DNA from: an uncultured Candidatus Saccharibacteria bacterium
Lineage (GTDB): Bacteria > Patescibacteriota > Minisyncoccia > Phycocordibacterales > UBA1550
Assembly: GCA_964457625.1 (NCBI GenBank)
Contig: CAYWES010000001.1
Coordinates: 17,725-81,724 of the forward strand
DNA: 64,000 nucleotides
Direction: 5' to 3'
Shown: positions 7,917-17,525 of the stretch, piece by piece
Layout: every line of letters begins with the position of its first letter
How positions within the stretch are numbered: position 1 is the stretch's first letter
Notes under the pieces: generated by a model
Databases searched by the model: none
The model's input: the letters and a program-made list of their open reading frames with translations, nothing else
Told to the model about the DNA's origin: nothing
Program-made: the position numbers and the translations under genes

Positions 7917-8384
7917 TTATGCGCGACGTGCACGAGTGACCGCCTCACGTTCTTCTTCGGTCATTTCGATTTCCGAAGAAAACTTTTTAATAGGTTTTGC
8001 AAAAATACTTACGCGATCGCGCGAGTAAAGACTTGAGATTACCGTACCATCGCCATGCTCGGACAAGAGTGCTATCGCAAAGCTCTGATTTCCTCCCTCG
8101 CCGGTGCCTTTGAAGGCATTGAATCGAATAGTCTCAACACTCTGAATGCTTCTCCCTAAACGATCCTCAGCGTGCTCGAGATACTGATTGGTTTCTTTTT
8201 GCCATGTTTCAAGCGCGCGTACATCATTCCCAAGTTCTCCAAGGAGCCCCTCAAGACTCTGCGCGTTTTTCCCGGAAAGAAGTTTCTTTAATCGGCGCTC
8301 AAGAATCACGAGCCACACCCCGAGGGCAATTACAAGGACCACAAGGACGGCGATAGTAAGGGTTAAAGGGGTAAAGGGTATCAT
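7917..8384 (-). CDS. DUF4446-like membrane-anchored protein
   Basis: Start moved to ATG (MIPFTPLTLTIAVLVV…), because the track start is TTG. Contains the IRFNAFKGTGEGGNQSFAIALLSEHGDGTVISSLYSRD motif recalled for DUF4446. Confidence 0.6.
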   Translation of the reverse strand: MIPFTPLTLTIAVLVVLVIALGVWLVILERRLKKLLSGKNAQSLEGLLGELGNDVRALETWQKETNQYLEHAEDRLGRSIQSVETIRFNAFKGTGEGGNQSFAIALLSEHGDGTVISSLYSRDRVSIFAKPIKKFSSEIEMTEEEREAVTRARRA

Positions 8385-8469
8385 GACAGGTATGGAAATG
8401 GACGATTCCGAGACTATACCGTATTTTTGACGATTTTGCAAAAAATATTCGAGTCTATATGATGGGGCT

Positions 8470-9648
8470 ATGAAGAATATTTATCTTGATTATGCGGCGG
8501 CAACGCCCGTTGACCCCAAGGTACAAAAAATCGTCTCAAAGGTTTTTCGCGATACATATGGGAATCCCAGCGCCCTTCACAGAAAAGGGAAAGAGGCGCA
8601 TGCCCTTTTTGAGAGTGCGCGTCAAACCATCGCAGATGTCTTGAGCGCTCATGCTGATGAAATCGTGATGACGAGCGGGGCGACAGAAGCAAATGCTCTC
8701 GCGCTCCTTGGGACAGTGCACGCGGCACGTGCTCAGGGGGTAAAGGTTCCCCATGTCATCGTCTCGTCCATCGAGCATCCTTCGGTATTGCGTACCGCGG
8801 AGATACTCGCGCATGAAGGTATCGCGCGCGTTGATTACCTTTCGGTGGACGAGAAGGGAATTGTCGACGCTCGTCTCCTCCGCGAACTCATGGGAGATGA
8901 TACGGTACTGGTGTCGGTGATGTATGTGAACAATGAAGTAGGTACGGTGGAGCCTCTTCGCGATATTGCAAAAGAAATCCGCCACTTCAAGACAAAACGA
9001 AACTCTTTCTTCCCGTATTTCCATACTGATGCGGCGCAGGCGCAAAATAGTTATTCGCTCACGGTCCCTGAGTTGGGAGTGGACTTGATGACCCTTTCCT
9101 CAGGAAAGGTATACGGTCCGCGTGGGGTAGGGGCGTTGTTTGTACGGCGAGGCATCACCCTCAAGCCTCTGTTTCAAGGGGGGACACAAGAGCGCGGTCT
9201 TCGCCCCGGGACAGAAAATGTCGCCCTTGCGTGTGGCTTTGCGCACGCGCTCGCGGTGGCACAGGAGAAGAGAGACAAAGAGACTATTCGTTTACGTGCG
9301 TTACAGGAGTATGTGCTCCACGGACTTCAAGGCGCCGTCCCTGATTGTGTCGTGAACGGTGACCCTCTCCACATGGCACCTCATATCGTAAACGTATCCA
9401 TTCCCGGAGTTGAAAGCGAAGTCCTCGTACTGTATTTGGATGCGCAAGGAATATCCGTATCAGGAAAAAGCGCGTGTGAAAGTACTACGAGTGAAGTCTC
9501 TCATGTTATACTTGCACTAGGGGGGAAGGAAAAAGATGCTTACGGAGGGACGCTTCGGTTTTCTTTGGGGAGAAATACAACCCAAAGAGATATTCGTGTC
9601 GCTCTCCGAGCACTCAAAGACGCACTCGCTATTCTCCGAAGCGCGTAA
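8470..9648 (+). CDS. cysteine desulfurase (NifS/IscS-type, class V aminotransferase)
   Basis: N-terminus IYLDYAAATPVDPKV, SSGKVYGPRGVGALF (PLP lysine region), and an active-site loop SGKSACES. Confidence 0.85.
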   Translation: MKNIYLDYAAATPVDPKVQKIVSKVFRDTYGNPSALHRKGKEAHALFESARQTIADVLSAHADEIVMTSGATEANALALLGTVHAARAQGVKVPHVIVSSIEHPSVLRTAEILAHEGIARVDYLSVDEKGIVDARLLRELMGDDTVLVSVMYVNNEVGTVEPLRDIAKEIRHFKTKRNSFFPYFHTDAAQAQNSYSLTVPELGVDLMTLSSGKVYGPRGVGALFVRRGITLKPLFQGGTQERGLRPGTENVALACGFAHALAVAQEKRDKETIRLRALQEYVLHGLQGAVPDCVVNGDPLHMAPHIVNVSIPGVESEVLVLYLDAQGISVSGKSACESTTSEVSHVILALGGKEKDAYGGTLRFSLGRNTTQRDIRVALRALKDALAILRSA

Positions 9649-9681
9649 TTTTTATAAGACTAATTTTTGTTGATATCTTTT

Positions 9682-10248
9682 ATGTACGAAGCAAAACAAT
9701 TTGAACATCTCTTGAGGCTTAAAGGTTTTTCAGATACATTATTGCGTAATCACATTACGTTGTATGAGGGGTACGTATCAAATACCAACAAGCTCGTGGA
9801 TCTTCTCAATGTGGCTGAGCCGGGAACTCCTGCGTACCATGAGCTCAAGCGTCGCTTTGGCTGGGAGTGGAATGGTATGCGTCTTCATGAGCTCTACTTT
9901 GGCAATATGACCAAGGATTCAAAACCGCTCAACCCCGAAGGCGCCCTTGCGCAGGAAATCACAAAAACATTTGGTTCGTTTGATGCGTGGGAAAAAGATT
10001 TTAAAGCAACGGGAGCACTTCGCGGTATCGGCTGGGCGATTCTCGCTCGGGACGAGGAGACAGGTAGACTCTTTAATCTGTGGGTCAACGAACACGACGA
10101 GGGATACCTCGCGGGCGCCGTTTCTCTCCTTGTTATGGATGTTTTTGAGCATGCCTTTATGCTTGATTATGGTATCAAGCGTGCCGACTATATTGCTTCG
10201 TTTTGGGACGCTATTGATTGGACGGTCGTCGAAGGGCGACTCAAATAG
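9682..10248 (+). CDS. Fe/Mn-family superoxide dismutase
   Basis: C-terminal MDVFEHAFMLDY (D-x3-H ligand pair) and WDAIDW. Start moved to ATG 9682, because the track start is TTG. Confidence 0.8.
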   Translation: MYEAKQFEHLLRLKGFSDTLLRNHITLYEGYVSNTNKLVDLLNVAEPGTPAYHELKRRFGWEWNGMRLHELYFGNMTKDSKPLNPEGALAQEITKTFGSFDAWEKDFKATGALRGIGWAILARDEETGRLFNLWVNEHDEGYLAGAVSLLVMDVFEHAFMLDYGIKRADYIASFWDAIDWTVVEGRLK

Positions 10249-10322
10249 GTCGTTTCTTGAAAGTTGCTCTCAGGGGATTCCTGCGTTAGTATAAAGGAAT
10301 AAGAATTCACAAACGCTCATTT

Positions 10323-11135
10323 ATGGAAGATCTCACAAAATCACAAGTTGTTCTCCTCTGCCTTTTTGTAAGCTTCGTCTCGTCTATGGCAACAGGGATT
10401 GTGACCGTGACGCTCATGCAACAGTCTCCCGAGCCGGTTACGCAAAGCATCACCAGTGTCGTGGAGCGCACGATTGAAAGAATCGCTCCCGCATCTCCTA
10501 CGATTATTGAAAGACAAGGCAACACGGTGGTCGTCAAAGACGAAGATCTCATGGTCTCCGCAATCGAAAAAAATATGAGAAGCGTCGTGTCCTTCCGCAC
10601 GATAGGAGCGGATGGAGAGACGTATCTTGCGGGGATTGGGGTTATCGTGAGCGAGGACGGGCTCGTCGTTACTGATAAACAAAATACCGTAGGAACCCTT
10701 ACTACCACAATTGAAGGAGTGAGGTACACCTTTGATCTCATTCCTTCCAGTGATGAAAAAAATCCTCTTGCCCTCGGGAAACTCACTCCCATCGGAGGAG
10801 CAACAGGTGCACAGACGTTTGCCCCGGCAACACTCGGAGGGGAGGCATTGAAAATCGGGCAGACAGCAATCGTGATAGGGGGTCGTGAGGGCAAGACAAT
10901 CACCCCGGGGCTTGTGAGCAGTCTCGACGTGCGCTCCGAAGGAGAGGGAAGCGGGCAAGCCCTCACTTCCTTTACGGTGTCCCAGCGCCTCGTTGCGTCC
11001 TTGGGAAATGGTGCCCCGGTTGTTCTCTTGGATGGGACGGTCGCAGGATTTTTGAGTATCAATGACGCAGTGGGCACGCAGGTGGGTATTCCCGCAGCCT
11101 TTGCTCGGGGGCTTGTAGAGGAGGCGGTGCGTTAG
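10323..11135 (+). CDS. membrane-anchored trypsin/HtrA-like domain protein, apparently lacking the catalytic triad
   Basis: N-terminal TM helix. S1C-like blocks AGIGVIVSEDGLVVTDKQNTV, NPLALGKL and LGNGAPVVLLDGTVAGF align by eye to GSGfii…TNnHV, DlAllk and GNSGGPl, with the His, Asp and Ser positions replaced. Confidence 0.55.
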   Translation: MEDLTKSQVVLLCLFVSFVSSMATGIVTVTLMQQSPEPVTQSITSVVERTIERIAPASPTIIERQGNTVVVKDEDLMVSAIEKNMRSVVSFRTIGADGETYLAGIGVIVSEDGLVVTDKQNTVGTLTTTIEGVRYTFDLIPSSDEKNPLALGKLTPIGGATGAQTFAPATLGGEALKIGQTAIVIGGREGKTITPGLVSSLDVRSEGEGSGQALTSFTVSQRLVASLGNGAPVVLLDGTVAGFLSINDAVGTQVGIPAAFARGLVEEAVR

Positions 11136-11166
11136 GAGTCAGCCCGGGGTCAAAGAGAACGAACGA

Positions 11167-11195
11167 TTGACAAATCACATTAATTGTTGTAAACA
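11167..11195 (+). promoter_or_regulatory. candidate promoter TTGACA-N17-TAAACA upstream of clpB
   Basis: TTGACA at 11167-11172, 17-nt spacer, TAAACA at 11190-11195, 9 nt before the ATG. Confidence 0.35.
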
Positions 11196-11204
11196 GAACT
11201 CATT

Positions 11205-13889
11205 ATGCCACCATTTAATAATTTCACATCAAAAGCTCGAGACGCCATTCGTCGCGCACACGAACTCGCCGTTGAACGGGGGCAAAATCACGTGACCCCC
11301 ATGCATTTGCTTGCCGCTCTTGTCCTTGAAGATGAAAGCATTATTGCGTCCGTGGTGGAGCGCCTTGAAATTGACTCCATGGCGCTCGCCGAGGGGATCC
11401 TCGATAGCATTGAGCCCGATGCGCAACCACAAGGCACGTCACGCGAGTCGTATCAGCTTTATCTTACCCAGGAGCTTGGACAGATCCTTGGTGAGACGGC
11501 TCCGGCCCTTGCTCAAGAAATGAAGGATGAGCATATCTCGTGTGAGCATCTCTTTCTCGCACTCTTTGATGTACCCAGTCAGGCGCGCGATTTTCTCACG
11601 CAGTATGGTATTGAGCGAGACGCGACACTTGCTATCATCAAAGAATTTCATACGCAAAATATTAGCGAGAATAATCTTCCCAAAAAACCAAAAGCGGTCT
11701 ACAAATATACCCGCAATCTCACCGAGCTTGCATCTCAGGACAAGCTTGATCCCGTTATCGGGCGTGACAATGAAATCGGTCGCTTGATTCAGATTCTCTC
11801 ACGTCGTACCAAAAACAATCCCGTACTCATCGGTGAAGCCGGTGTGGGCAAGACCGCGGTTGTTGAAGGGCTCGCCATCCGTATGTCAAAAGGGGATGTA
11901 CCTGAATCCCTCAGGGGGAAAGATCTCCTCTCTCTTGATTTGGGGGCACTCATCGCGGGCACAAAGTATCGTGGTGAATTTGAAGATCGTCTCAAAAAGA
12001 TTATGAAGGAAGTTGAGCGCTCTGAAGGAAAGATTATTCTCTTTATCGACGAGATTCATACCATCGTAGGTGCGGGAGCAACGGAAGGGTCCATGGATGC
12101 TTCAAACATGCTGAAGCCCGCGCTTGCGCGAGGAGAGCTTCGCGCTATCGGTGCCACTACGCTTCGCGAATACCAAAAACACATTGAAAAGGATCCCGCG
12201 CTCACGCGTCGTTTTCAGCCGGTGATGGTTACGGAGCCTTCCCTTGAAGACGCGGTGGCAATTCTCCGCGGACTAAAAGAAAAATACGAAATCTTTCACG
12301 GTGTGCATGTGACCGACGACGCCCTCATCGCCGCGGTAAATCTGAGCAGTCGCTATATCACCGATCGCTTCCTCCCTGACAAGGCGGTAGACCTAATCGA
12401 CGAAGCCGCATCGTCGCTCCGCATTTCCCTTGAAAACAAGCCCGCAGTCCTTGAGGACGCACATCGTCGTATCATGCGCCTTGAAATAGAAAAGGAGTCC
12501 TTGAAAAAAGAAAGCGCGGGTACGGGTGAGGAGAGCAAAAACGCAAAAGCGCGCACGAAAAAGATTGTAAAAGAAATCAGCGATCTTCGTGAAAAGACGC
12601 GCGAGATTGAGCTCAAGTGGACAAACGAGAAAGAACTCGTTGTTGATATTCGTAATATAAAAAAGGGACTTGAAGCCGCGCGCTTGGAATCCGAAAATGC
12701 CGAAGCAAAAGCGGACCTCGCGCTCGCCGCGGAGATTCGCTACGGACGTATTCCGACTCTTGAGAAGGAGCTCGCCACAAAAGTTGCTCGTCTCAAGAAG
12801 CTTCAGTCATCTCGTCGTATTTTGAAAGAAGAGGTTACCGAAACAGACATCGCGCAGGTGGTCGCGCGCTGGACAGGTATTCCTGTTACCAAGATGCTTG
12901 AAGAAGAAGCGGAGAAGTTTTCGCAGATGGACGAGGAGCTTCGCAAGCGCGTGGTAGGGCAGACGGAGGCTATTCAGAAGGTTGCCGACGCGGTAAAACG
13001 CTCTCGTGCGGGCATTGCGGATCCTCATCGTCCTATTGGGTCATTCTTGTTCCTCGGTCCTACGGGTGTGGGCAAGACTGAGCTCTCAAAAGCGCTCGCT
13101 GATTTTATGTTTAACGACGAGAAAGCGCTTGTGCGCATCGATATGTCCGAGTACATGGAAAAGCATGCCGTCTCAAAGATTATCGGCTCACCTCCAGGAT
13201 ATGTGGGGCACGATGAGAGCGGAAATCTTACCGAGATTGTACGCCATCGTCCATACTCAGTACTTCTCTTTGACGAAGTGGAAAAAGCGCACCCGGAAGT
13301 ATTCAATATTCTTCTGCAGGTCCTTGATAATGGTCGCCTCACCGACTCAAAGGGTCGCGTCGTGAACTTCAAAAACACGATTATCATTCTCACCTCAAAC
13401 ATCGGTTCAGAATACATTGATAAGATGCAGGCAATCGGCTTTGGTACGCACGCAAGCGACGAAGGCGACTATGCTGATGCAAAGGAGCGCGTCATGGCAA
13501 GCCTCAAGGATTATTTCCGTCCAGAATTTTTGAATCGTCTCGATGAGATCATTCTCTTTGATATTCTCTCAAAGGATGTCATCAAGAACATCGTGGGACT
13601 TCAGGTGGATATTGTAAAGAAGCGTCTTTTGGAAAAAGAGATTGTCCTTGATCTCCATCCCGATGTGCTCGGGTACCTTGCGGACAAGGGGTACGATCCG
13701 CACTATGGTGCGCGTCCACTCAAGCGCTTGATTCAGACGAAGATTCTCACGCCAGTCGCGTCGCTCATGATTAGCTCCGGCATGCTCAAGGGTGGTCGCG
13801 TGCTCGTATCTCTTGAGAAAGGAGAAGTGGTAATCAAAGTAGAAAAGAAATCGACCGTGAGGACGAGGGTAAAGGCAGGGAAAAAGTAA
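11205..13889 (+). CDS. clpB: ATP-dependent chaperone ClpB
   Basis: Clp N domain. Two AAA+ modules ([15 protein letters not shown] and [15 protein letters not shown]) separated by a long coiled-coil middle domain. 894 aa. Confidence 0.95.
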   Translation: MPPFNNFTSKARDAIRRAHELAVERGQNHVTPMHLLAALVLEDESIIASVVERLEIDSMALAEGILDSIEPDAQPQGTSRESYQLYLTQELGQILGETAPALAQEMKDEHISCEHLFLALFDVPSQARDFLTQYGIERDATLAIIKEFHTQNISENNLPKKPKAVYKYTRNLTELASQDKLDPVIGRDNEIGRLIQILSRRTKNNPVLIGEAGVGKTAVVEGLAIRMSKGDVPESLRGKDLLSLDLGALIAGTKYRGEFEDRLKKIMKEVERSEGKIILFIDEIHTIVGAGATEGSMDASNMLKPALARGELRAIGATTLREYQKHIEKDPALTRRFQPVMVTEPSLEDAVAILRGLKEKYEIFHGVHVTDDALIAAVNLSSRYITDRFLPDKAVDLIDEAASSLRISLENKPAVLEDAHRRIMRLEIEKESLKKESAGTGEESKNAKARTKKIVKEISDLREKTREIELKWTNEKELVVDIRNIKKGLEAARLESENAEAKADLALAAEIRYGRIPTLEKELATKVARLKKLQSSRRILKEEVTETDIAQVVARWTGIPVTKMLEEEAEKFSQMDEELRKRVVGQTEAIQKVADAVKRSRAGIADPHRPIGSFLFLGPTGVGKTELSKALADFMFNDEKALVRIDMSEYMEKHAVSKIIGSPPGYVGHDESGNLTEIVRHRPYSVLLFDEVEKAHPEVFNILLQVLDNGRLTDSKGRVVNFKNTIIILTSNIGSEYIDKMQAIGFGTHASDEGDYADAKERVMASLKDYFRPEFLNRLDEIILFDILSKDVIKNIVGLQVDIVKKRLLEKEIVLDLHPDVLGYLADKGYDPHYGARPLKRLIQTKILTPVASLMISSGMLKGGRVLVSLEKGEVVIKVEKKSTVRTRVKAGKK

Positions 13890-13891
13890 TC

Positions 13892-13933
13892 AAAAAAAAA
13901 CACGGCTTGGGACTTCCCAAGCCGTGTTTTTTT
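13892..13933 (+). terminator. Rho-independent terminator after clpB
   Basis: A9, then CACGGCTTGGG-actt-CCCAAGCCGTG, then T7. Confidence 0.75.
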
Positions 13934-13980
13934 GTTCTTCATAGTGGTACAATAAACAGGTAGCTATTAAAAATAATATT

Positions 13981-14835
13981 ATGAATGAATATACTGAACA
14001 ATCGGTGCCTGTAGCTTCAGGTACCAACACGGCGCTTTTGCCGGTGGGAGCTTTCTTGAAGGAAGTCTGGATGCTTCTCAAAGCTCGGTTCCTCAAACTC
14101 GCGGTGATAGCGCTTATTCCGGCTATTGCTCTATATTTGATGTCCTCTTTGCCAGAGGACGAGGTCATGCTGAGTCTTTTTGAGACTACGCCCGCGATAC
14201 TACTTATTCTTCCAGTCCTTCTTTTCATCGCGATTTGGGTGCTTATGGCGGGAGTTGCCGCGCTTTTTGTTGCTGCGTCTGCTCCTGAAAACACCGTCAC
14301 GATTCGTCATTCTTTAGGAATAGGATTCAAAAAATTATTATCATTGATTTGGATTGGCCTGTTGATGGGGTTCATTATTATGACAGGGGTTCTCTTGTTC
14401 GTTGTTCCGGGAATATTTCTTAGCATCGCTTTTATTTTTGCAGTACTCTTTCTTGTGAATGAAGACGCGCGAGGACTCACCGCACTCACAAAAAGTTACA
14501 ACCTTGTTGCGGGAAGGTGGTGGGCTGTTTTTTTACGATATATGTTAGTGTATGTTCTCCTCGTCGTGATTTCAGGAGCTATTACTTTTGCCTTTAGGTT
14601 TAACGAAGCGCTTGGTGAATCGATAGCTTTCCTCATTAGTATGCCACTCACGGTATCCGCTCTTGCTGTCTTGTACAAAGATTTGAAAAGAGGAGAGACC
14701 CCCGCAACGCCTGAGGTTACGGCAAGAAGAAGGAAGGTTTTCATTGCACTGGCAATCCTTTACCCAGTTCTTCTCATTGCTTTCGTTGCCGTCTTTGTAT
14801 CCTTTATACTCCCAAATCTCCCCGCAACGTTGTAG
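13981..14835 (+). CDS. polytopic membrane protein (hypothetical)
   Basis: 284 aa with about 6-7 hydrophobic helices. TGgTACAAT box at 13944-13952. Confidence 0.5.
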   Translation: MNEYTEQSVPVASGTNTALLPVGAFLKEVWMLLKARFLKLAVIALIPAIALYLMSSLPEDEVMLSLFETTPAILLILPVLLFIAIWVLMAGVAALFVAASAPENTVTIRHSLGIGFKKLLSLIWIGLLMGFIIMTGVLLFVVPGIFLSIAFIFAVLFLVNEDARGLTALTKSYNLVAGRWWAVFLRYMLVYVLLVVISGAITFAFRFNEALGESIAFLISMPLTVSALAVLYKDLKRGETPATPEVTARRRKVFIALAILYPVLLIAFVAVFVSFILPNLPATL

Positions 14836-14890
14836 AGGGCGATGCGCTTAAGGGTATCATTGAACCTATTAGAAGTATGTGTTAGAGTAA

Positions 14891-14916
14891 ACAAGTCGCT
14901 TTGAGGCGACTTGTTT
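14891..14916 (+). terminator. hairpin terminator candidate
   Basis: ACAAGTCGC-tttgag-GCGACTTGT followed by TT, directly abutting tRNA-Tyr. Confidence 0.45.
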
Positions 14917-15000
14917 GCGTAGGTGGCGGAGTGGTCAATCGCAATTGACTGTAAATCAATCGCCCTTTGGGCTTCGAAGGTTCGAATCCTTCCCTACGCA
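14917..15000 (+). tRNA. tRNA-Tyr(GTA), type II
   Basis: GCGTAGG-TG-GCGGAGTGGTCAATCGC-A-ATTGA-CTGTAAA-TCAAT-long variable arm-GAAGG-TTCGAAT-CCTTC-CCTACGC-A. Confidence 0.9.
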
Positions 15001-15012
15001 CAATTCAAAATA

Positions 15013-15037
15013 GCGCCCATCAGGGCGCATATTTTGT
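15013..15037 (+). terminator. small hairpin plus T-run after tRNA-Tyr
   Basis: GCGCCC-atca-GGGCGC followed by ATATTTTGTTT. Confidence 0.45.
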
Positions 15038-15040
15038 TTG

Positions 15041-15260
15041 TGCGTAGGGAGGAAGCCGTTGGTACGGCTTCCGTAAGGATTCGAACGGCGGAATGTGAAA
15101 TTTTTAGCAAAAAATTTCCATGAGCCGGTGCCTAGACCAAAAGTGAGTGGCGACGAACTTTTGAGTCGAAGGAGAATCCTTCCCCCAACAGACACCACTT
15201 TCCCCAAAACACCCTCCTACCCACGCTTTTCGCTTGAGCTCGCCTCGTTGCTTTTTTTTT
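15041..15260 (+). ncRNA. candidate structured RNA / decayed tRNA-Tyr-derived element (unclassified)
   Basis: Perfect hairpins at 15051-15072, 15097-15118 (extendable to 15086-15127), 15138-15163 and 15168-15182. The 5' GCGTAGGGAGG can pair with CCTCCTACCCACGC at 15213-15226. Ends in T9 (15252-15260). Segments match the acceptor and T-arm of the adjacent tRNA-Tyr. Confidence 0.3.
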
Positions 15261-15283
15261 GAGGATATAGTAGGATAGGCGAC

Positions 15284-15442
15284 ATGTCACAAGATCAACT
15301 TATCAAACTCGTCTGCAAGGACTGCAAGCGCGTGAACTATTGGTCGCGCAAGAACAAGAAGCTCGTTGAGCGCAAAATCGAGCTCGACAAGTTCTGCAAG
15401 TGGTGCAAGAAGCACACGACGCACAAGGAAGGAAAGAAATAA
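15284..15442 (+). CDS. rpmG: 50S ribosomal protein L33 (zinc-ribbon type)
   Basis: Not in the ORF track because it is under 60 aa. Translation: MSQDQLIKLVCKDCKRVNYWSRKNKKLVERKIELDKFCKWCKKHTTHKEGKK. CxxC…CxxC plus the KNKK…L-L-KFC pattern typical of L33. Confidence 0.85.
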   Translation: MSQDQLIKLVCKDCKRVNYWSRKNKKLVERKIELDKFCKWCKKHTTHKEGKK

Positions 15443-15444
15443 TA

Positions 15445-15470
15445 AAAATACCCCCAAGTGGGGGTATTTT
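15445..15470 (+). terminator. Rho-independent terminator after rpmG
   Basis: AAAATACCCCC-aagt-GGGGGTATTTT. Confidence 0.65.
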
Positions 15471-15478
15471 GCTATTAT
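15470..15478 (+). promoter_or_regulatory. extended -10 box TGcTATTAT, 6 nt before the alr ATG (leaderless candidate)
   Basis: TGCTATTAT at 15470-15478; ATG at 15485. Confidence 0.4.
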
Positions 15479-15484
15479 ATATCC

Positions 15485-16618
15485 ATGAATCACGACCTTC
15501 GAAAAGGACTGCGCACTTGGGTGGAAATAGACACCCGGGCAATCGCCAAAAACTATACCGCTTTTAGGAATCATATTCCTCCATCTGTGCGCCTGTGTGG
15601 TGTGGTGAAATCAAACGCGTATGGGCATGGTCTCGTGCAATTCGCGCAGGAGCTTGAAAAGCTCGGCGCTGATATGCTCGCGGTTGATTCGGTGGTGGAG
15701 GCGCTCACCCTTCGCCGTGAAGGGGTACGCACTCCGATTCTTGTCCTCGGATATACGCTTCCCGATATGTATGAAAAGGTTCTTGAAAAAAACATTCATC
15801 TCACGATTTCCAGCAAGGAGAGTTTGGACGAACTTTTCTCGAGAGGGTACCATACGCGCATCCCCATTCATATTAAAGTTGATACCGGCATGCATCGGCA
15901 AGGGTTTCTGGAGGACGAGAGGGAAGTGCTCATGGATTTTCTAGAAAAGAAAGGTTTTTTGATATCGGGGCTCTATACGCATTTTGCAAAATCAAAAGAT
16001 TTCAATGATAGGACCTTTACGGAGTCCAGCATTGAAGTATTTTTGCGCTGGAGAGAGGATTTTAAAAAGAGGGGAAAGGTCGTGATTGCGCACGCGGACG
16101 CCACGGGAGGATTGCTTGTACATCCTGAAGCGCACTTTGATATGGTGCGTATCGGTATCGGTCTCTATGGTATGCCCGCTGCGGATACGTTGGCTACTTT
16201 TCACGAAGAAACCATGCCTCTTCACCCCGTGCTTACCTGGAAGACAATTGTCTCGGAGATAAAAGAAATCCCCGAGGGGTCTTCAATAGGATACGACGGC
16301 ACACATGTGACGAAGCGCCCCACAAAGATGATGGTATGCCCGATAGGGTATTGGCATGGGTATCCTCGCGCGCTTTCAAACAACGCTGAAGTGCTTGTGC
16401 GCGGCAAGCGTGCACCTGTCCTCGGGCGAGTCTCAATGGATATGATAGTCGTAGATGGTACGGATATTCCCGGTGTGCGTGTGAGCGATGAAGTGGTTTT
16501 GGTCGGCGCGCAGGAAGGGGAGGAAATATCGGCAACAGAGCTTGCGCATCGTGCGGGGACGAGCGAGTACGAGCTCCTCACGCGCTTGAATCCTCTGATG
16601 AGAAAGATCTATCGGTAA
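15485..16618 (+). CDS. alr: alanine racemase
   Basis: VVKSNAYGHGL (PLP lysine motif), and IGYWHGYPR plus VLGRVSMDM near the C-terminus. Start moved to ATG 15485, because the GTG track start lies in the rpmG terminator. Confidence 0.9.
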   Translation: MNHDLRKGLRTWVEIDTRAIAKNYTAFRNHIPPSVRLCGVVKSNAYGHGLVQFAQELEKLGADMLAVDSVVEALTLRREGVRTPILVLGYTLPDMYEKVLEKNIHLTISSKESLDELFSRGYHTRIPIHIKVDTGMHRQGFLEDEREVLMDFLEKKGFLISGLYTHFAKSKDFNDRTFTESSIEVFLRWREDFKKRGKVVIAHADATGGLLVHPEAHFDMVRIGIGLYGMPAADTLATFHEETMPLHPVLTWKTIVSEIKEIPEGSSIGYDGTHVTKRPTKMMVCPIGYWHGYPRALSNNAEVLVRGKRAPVLGRVSMDMIVVDGTDIPGVRVSDEVVLVGAQEGEEISATELAHRAGTSEYELLTRLNPLMRKIYR

Positions 16619-16680
16619 TTCCTTTTCGGACTATTTTTTGGTATAGTGGTCCAGTGTATTAAGACATTTTGTTCTCATTA

Positions 16681-16754
16681 GGGCCTATAGTTCAGTGGTA
16701 GAATAGCGGTCTCCAAAACCGTTGACCGAGGTTCGAGTCCTCGTGGGCCCGCCA
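16681..16754 (+). tRNA. tRNA-Trp(CCA), CCA encoded
   Basis: GGGCCTA-TA-GTTCAGTGGTAGAAT…loop CTCCAAA…CGAGG-TTCGAGT-CCTCG-TGGGCCC-GCCA. Confidence 0.9.
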
Positions 16755-16764
16755 AGAAATATGA

Positions 16765-16795
16765 AATAAAAAAGCCCCTTGCATTCGCAAGGGGC
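16765..16795 (-). terminator. Rho-independent terminator for the minus-strand gene 16814-17323
   Basis: GCCCCTTGC-attc-GCAAGGGGC. On the minus strand it is followed by TTTTTTATTTC. Confidence 0.6.
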
Positions 16796-16813
16796 GATTG
16801 GTTGAAGGCATCA

Positions 16814-17323
16814 TCAGACGATTCTCCCCAGGGAATTCGGGTTGGAAAAGTCATCGATGATGAGTACTTTGCCGTTGTTTTCGCCAGACAGAAGCATTTC
16901 TATCGGTGACCGCACGCGGAATACCTTCCCGGGCGGTATCCAGAATCCTTGGCGATCAACGCCACTGGCACAATCCCACCTCAAGCATCCAACGAGGGCT
17001 CGTTCGTCCTCGTCGTACTGTACCGCGTAATCGGGAATGTTGAAGGATTCCTGCGGAACATAAAGCGTGACCGGATCGCCGATGTGGATTGAGTTTGCGC
17101 ACCACGCGCACGTAATCGACATCTTGGCGACACAATCGAGGCAATAGTCGGGTGCTCCGTTTTCGGAGAGAGGCATAGACATCGTAAAGCTTTCGCCATG
17201 CGATGTTATGTTACCCGTCTTCTTTGTCCAGTGTCCGCAGATATTTGCCTTAAATGTCTTGCGAAACGGATACGAGACGGCGAGCCATACGACCCACCAG
17301 TCATGAGACAGTCTTTCATTCAT
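16814..17323 (-). CDS. hypothetical Cys-rich protein
   Basis: 169 aa with CLDC…CAWC and CLRWDC clusters. No family recognised. Confidence 0.45.
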   Translation of the reverse strand: MNERLSHDWWVVWLAVSYPFRKTFKANICGHWTKKTGNITSHGESFTMSMPLSENGAPDYCLDCVAKMSITCAWCANSIHIGDPVTLYVPQESFNIPDYAVQYDEDERALVGCLRWDCASGVDRQGFWIPPGKVFRVRSPIEMLLSGENNGKVLIIDDFSNPNSLGRIV

Positions 17324-17525
17324 AAAGTACTCCTTTCAAGTTGAGGTTTTGAAGTTTATCCGGGTCGAATACTACGTGATATTTCGCAATAAGTAAAGGG
17401 TTTTAAAGAAAGGCTTTTCAAGTCTGCGTGCCTAAGCAAAACTTCAAAATGGCAACAAAAAATGTTATTATGTCTTAGTGAAATTGAATTAAGCGACCTA
17501 ACCCCTCGGGATATTTTCTGAGGGT

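Noticed and set aside
10307-11077. 256-aa minus-strand ORF antisense to the HtrA-like gene.
   Set aside because: Its composition is low-complexity and rich in Ser, Thr, Pro and Arg, typical of an antisense frame. The plus-strand frame has recognisable protease-fold blocks and a TM anchor.
15041-15260. Tested whether the structured element is tmRNA, SRP/4.5S RNA, RNase P RNA or an intron-containing tRNA.
   Set aside because: No acceptor/T-arm pairing ending in ACCA and no tag ORF, so not tmRNA. No GGAA-tetraloop helix-8 motif, so not SRP. No GAGGAAAGTCCGG-type CR-I, and it is far too short for RNase P or a group I intron. 6S RNA cannot be excluded by eye.
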